A stretch of 56,983 bases of DNA, the filler included, from Platydemus manokwari (lineage: Eukaryota), in NCBI GenBank assembly GCA_037951405.1. It is 5 parts of 5 records of this genome, joined end to end, with 100 filler letters (N's around TTAATTAATTAA, not from the genome) between each part and the next. Parts side by side here need not be neighbours in the genome. Positions count along the whole stretch, not along the records: positions 45,684 to 56,983 come from JBBMOY010784425.1; 4 more parts are not named here. The stretch is one strand, 5' to 3'. Below the pieces are notes generated by a model. The model was not told where the DNA came from. It made no database searches and was given only the letters and a program-made list of their open reading frames with translations. A program made the position numbers and the translations under genes. This document shows positions 52,301 through 56,983 of the stretch, one piece after another; position 1 is the stretch's first letter, and each line of letters starts with the position of its first letter.

Positions 52301-55149
52301 TTTCATTTTATCTGAATTTTTCAATAATTCTTTTAAATGATAACTATTCTACATTACCGTATTTCACAAACTGAATCATATTTTTATGATATTTTTATTA
52401 AATGTTTAAAAAATATAATAAATATTAAGTTTTTAGAGTTATAATGTCTCGTATATGTATTCTATTAAATTGTGATTGAATGTTTAAGGTTTGTTTTAAA
52501 GGAAATCAATTTAGGCAATTTACAGACATTGCCAAAGCACTTGTTATTTTAAATAGCTTTTCTTAGATAGCGCCTTGGACTTAAAACACTTTATTCATTT
52601 CAACGCAAATTTTATAATTGTCTCACACAAATGTAATTTAGTTGATGAATTTTTTTTAGTGTTGTTCTTTCGTATGAAACTTGAATATAAAAAAAACTTA
52701 ATTATCACCAGCCGAAGATGATATATCTCATACCTAGAGAAACTACGCAGAAATGTCATCAAACTCATTTAGGGTTGCTTTTACATGCTGTCGATAAAGT
52801 ATAGATTCAGAGTTCATATGAAAATTAAGACACAGAGAAAGTAATTAGAGGAAAACGATATAAGTCAAAAAATCTATGAATAAAATTTGAATTCCAAAGA
52901 TAAGATTAACATAACTTTCATTTGATTTACTAATTTTTTTTAATATATTTTAAATATTTATATTTTTATTTATGTTATGTGATCAAGATATAATAATAAT
53001 AATAAAAGGTAAAAAAGAAAATGAAATTTAATATTTCTATCAGGACCAATCGCGAATAAATAATACAATTTCATTGATCAATCCAATTTATATTGGATTA
53101 CTGATTGACATGTGACTTAATAAAATAATTAACTAAAATTTCTAAGTAAATTATCATTAGGCAAATTTATTATATAAAGAACTTATTGTCAACTCGTATA
53201 AATAATTGATAAATATTACAGAAGATTTTACGAATTCATTACTAATCAAAAATATTTTATGTTAGCTTGTTTTTATGATTCCATGACAAAGTTCGCAGGC
53301 TAGGTTTTAAATAGATTTTGTGCTAATCGAGCATTACATTATTCAAATAAGCATTGTACTTTAATTTCGTTCTTATTCAGTACCCAATTAGTTATATTTG
53401 ACATGTATAACATTATAGAAAAGTTTTAAAAATAAATCTTGATTATCATTACATTTTGAGTATTTAAGTAGAAATTTCATTTATTCATAATTATTATACT
53501 CATCATATTTTTTAAAATAGTCTTGTTTTTTATGTTACCTCTTATAGGACCTCTTATTCGATAAGTTTTGTTTCATTTCAGAACACATTTTCGAAGTATG
53601 TTTGACTTTATTGATCGTGTTTATGTTGATTTCGTTTAATCACTCAACAAATCACTTACAATGATATCGTTAATGTATTCTCTTAATTTATACTGTATTT
53701 TACAATAATTGAAATGTCAACGAAGGTCATTTTGATGAAATAATTTGGGTATTGTGATTCAATCAAATTTATAATGTGTTTCTATTATTGTGAATGAGAT
53801 TCGAAATATATATATATTTATTTATTTCATTATATTCAATTTTATGAATGATGTATGTTTGACACTTAAGTGTTTTAAACAAAAATGCTATCATGATCTT
53901 AAGAATTGGATTTATTGTGAATGGTAGTGTTTTTGATATAACTAATTGACCATATTATTATCTTAAGTGGAGAATAAATCAGATTTTTTCTGATTTTTGA
54001 ATCTTTTAAATGTTTTTTGATTGCCAAAAATAGGTGTCAATAAATATTGTCTTCAAAGAATCTGAATCCGTTGAGACACCATTTTTGTTAGTTTTATCCA
54101 TTAAATATCTGATTTGTGTAAACAATGAAACTTTTGAAAAAATACTTTGAAACTTTTTTCAATTTGTTCGTTAACAAACATGTGCATCTAAGATGATATT
54201 AATTGGGAATACCAATAGTTTTTTCCAAATTTTCATGTAACTAATCATAAAAACAATTTACTAATTGTGAGATTTAATTCAAAAAATTAAAAAACAACTT
54301 TTAAATTACGAATTAAAAGAATTTAAAAAAGTAAATAATTTAATATCTTAATATATAAAATGTTTTTAAATTTTATAGTTAAAAAATTTAATTTATACTT
54401 GACTTTCTAAAGTAAATATTTATTTAGATAATCCTGATAAAGATAAAAAATAAAAGAAAAAGCTCTCCAAAATTTGTTTGAAAAATGTTTTATTTGTTTT
54501 TTAAATAAATTTGAGAAAATCCTCTAGCACCAGTAACAAGCGAAATAGCGGCTACTAAAACCATGTCGACCTAGATGTCTTAAAATCAGAAAAGATAATC
54601 TTGAAAAGATAATTTGATTAGTTTTTTAAAATATTTTTGAAAAACAATCTTAATAATGAAATTTTGATTGCGTTTTACAAGATCAAATTTAGTAAATAAA
54701 GTCATCAAAATTGTTAATCAAAATCAAAAAAGATAAGATAAAGCCACCATCACTTAGTAATTGTTGACAATTTTGTAAATATTGTTTAAATTTAAAATCG
54801 GTTTTCATATTTCAAAGCTTATTTTATTCGACGTCTAGATAGTAAATATTGTGAAATCTTGGAAAGGACTACTGATATTGGAGTTAATGTAGTTTATTAT
54901 TAGAAGATATATTGTGCACGATATTTTCATTTCAAGATTACTAGTATAATGGCACTATGAAAAACGTAACACCGTTAAGGTTCTTACAATATAAAACAAT
55001 AATTAAATGAAATGTTATTTACAAGACTCGAGAATAAGACCCCTTTCTTGTTAATTGATGTTTAATTATGTGTTTGGTCTTTCCTTTATTATATTTAATA
55101 CAATTTTCAAGCTTAAAAATATTATTCCTATGGCAACAGTATCTCAATG

Positions 55150-55592
55150 TTTCTTTTATTGTTTAAAAGGACCTTCACATCACCCATGTTCTTTTGGTAA
55201 GAGATCTTTCAATCCAGGAATACGTTCGAATGCCTCTTCGAGGTTATTAGTTCGAATAGTCTTTAAATTATTAATAGTAGTTAATGAAAATAATTTGAAG
55301 TGGTTTTCTAAATGCATAGCTTAATAAACTTATTTAATTAAATATGACACAATCAATAATATTTCTGTAACAAAATTTCATATCTTGGATTTTTTACTTA
55401 AATGAAAAGACCGAATCTTAAAGAAGTCACCAAAAGTATATGGTATGTAATAAAACATGCAATCGCCAAAGGAAAATATCCTAAAAATATTGCATTATAT
55501 TTACATTTTAAAATCATTCTAAATATTACTTGATAGTACCTTGACCATACTAACAAAAATTTATTATCAGCCCATTGGTTTCTATATTTCAT
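55150..55592 (-). pseudogene. CRAL-TRIO paralog pseudogene fragment (end of exon 4, exons 5-6)
   Basis: QWADNKFLLVWSRYYQ|DIFLWR.../YIPYTFGDFFKIRSFH...|TIRTNNLEEAFERIPGLKDLLPKEHG*CEGPFKQ* aligns to 48117-48600, with a frameshift and stops. Confidence 0.85.
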
Positions 55593-56840
55593 GTTAGATC
55601 ATTTTTTTCGATCAACCAAGTCGACCAAAACATTTATAGAAATAAAATTAAAATCTATGACATTTAAAATATTAATAAATGAAATTAAAAAATTTGAGAA
55701 AGCTTTTTTAAATAAATATTTATGGAATTAAATGAACTGACTTCACAAAAGACTATAAAAAACAGAAAAAAAATTAGTAAATATTGCTCATCCATGTTTA
55801 TAATTTACAGAAGGATTTGTATTTATTTTTAAGCTGTTATTTATCACAAGATATGTTAGTGTATTCGTTAGAAGGAACTGTAAATGGGTTTTGTGAATTA
55901 TTTTGGCAATACCGATTTATATTTGATTTGATAAAGAAACTGGAATTAGAAGTAGTTTTTTTCAAAATTTTGATAATAATATTATATTATAACATATTGA
56001 AATCGAAAACAAAGCTGCTTTTCTTGATTTTTTTTTAAAACGACACACCTGTTGGAAATGGGTTCTGAGATATCAAAATACAATTGATAATAACTAAAAA
56101 AGCCAATAACACTCTGAATTCTGATATGGTTCAATTCTTTAAGAAAAATAAAAAAACTATTTCAATGCTGCAGTAGAAGAAATTTAGCACACGTATTGGG
56201 TTTAAAAAATATCGGATATTGAATATACAGTGAATGCTAGGATACGTAAACGTTGGATGTCAGTCTGACAGACGTTATTCCTAGAAGGAATATTGACAGA
56301 TCACCAATGAACGTCAATAGTAGAGTATATGTAAATAATATAAATAAATAAGTATTGAGAAAACGCAAAAGGTATTAAGAAGTACATAAATATAGTACAA
56401 AGACCAAGATTTAATATTACATATAATAGTTAAGAGCGATTTAAGAAGTTAACACTTGAAAAAATAAAAATGGTAAAGTGATGAAAAGGACATTAAAGAA
56501 AAATAAAATATTTAATAAATAATTTGAAATTTGATATAAAGTAATTTTAAAATTATAGATGTACCCTTAAGAACGAACGTCTCATTGTCATTGTATTGGC
56601 AAGGATGGACATTTATTGTATATCCACTTTTACTGTTAAGAAAACTCAATCAAATCAAAATACTTGTCATTTATCAGAATTTAAAAATCACTTTAATTTT
56701 ACCATATATAGTAAATAAAAAATTGTGAAAGAAAGATATATGAAAGAATTATTAATTTTAGGAAGAATTATTAAAAGTGCATTGTTAAAGTAAAATTGTG
56801 GTGAACTGAAAGGCAATCTTGTGATTTCGTTATTATCCAT

Positions 56841-56896
56841 AAAACCAAATTTCCATTTAAAAATGGTAATAAATTTCACAATTATATTAAATGTTG
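56841..56896 (-). repeat. Inverted copy of the 56-bp repeat at 10848-10903
   Basis: 53/56 identity to 10848-10903 on the opposite strand. Confidence 0.85.
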
Positions 56897-56983
56897 ATTT
56901 ACCGGAGCTAATTAATTGTCAAAATATTTCATTCCATAATACACAAATATTTTTTCATTCTTTAACATGCAAATCCCTTAATA

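Noticed and set aside
1-56983. CRISPR arrays, rRNA, tRNA or prokaryotic operons
   Set aside because: No regular repeat-spacer structure or structured RNA gene was seen, and the sequence is spliceosomal-intron-containing eukaryotic DNA.

Overview
This is very AT-rich eukaryotic (metazoan-like) genomic DNA with short GT-AG introns (about 45-80 nt). Composition and transposon content would fit a planarian-type flatworm, but this is an inference only. The window is five contigs (1-10747, 10848-26500, 26601-35741, 35842-45583, 45684-56983) joined by artificial 100-nt spacers (N44-TTAATTAATTAA-N44), so adjacency across spacers is not evidence of linkage. The ORF track is mostly noise, and the real genes had to be spliced by hand. 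They are a partial GDA1/CD39 NTPDase (minus), the 3' half of a Rab6-like GTPase (plus), an apparently complete UBL3/MUB gene (plus, absent from the ORF track), and a CRAL-TRIO (alpha-TTP/clavesin-like) gene (minus) with an in-frame TAA in its last exon, flanked by two pseudogenic paralog fragments. The rest is largely transposon debris: Tc1/mariner derivatives with TIRs, a MITE, a GATATC-rich foldback element, Ulp1-protease-bearing NeSL-like non-LTR relics and LTR pol relics. The most unusual item is an intronless, purine-rich, multicopy element (40681-43745, second copy at 26601-26850). Its slightly decayed reading frame appears to encode a tandem array of about 6 ubiquitin-like domains resembling UBL3, and it lies 2.3 kb downstream of the host UBL3 gene.
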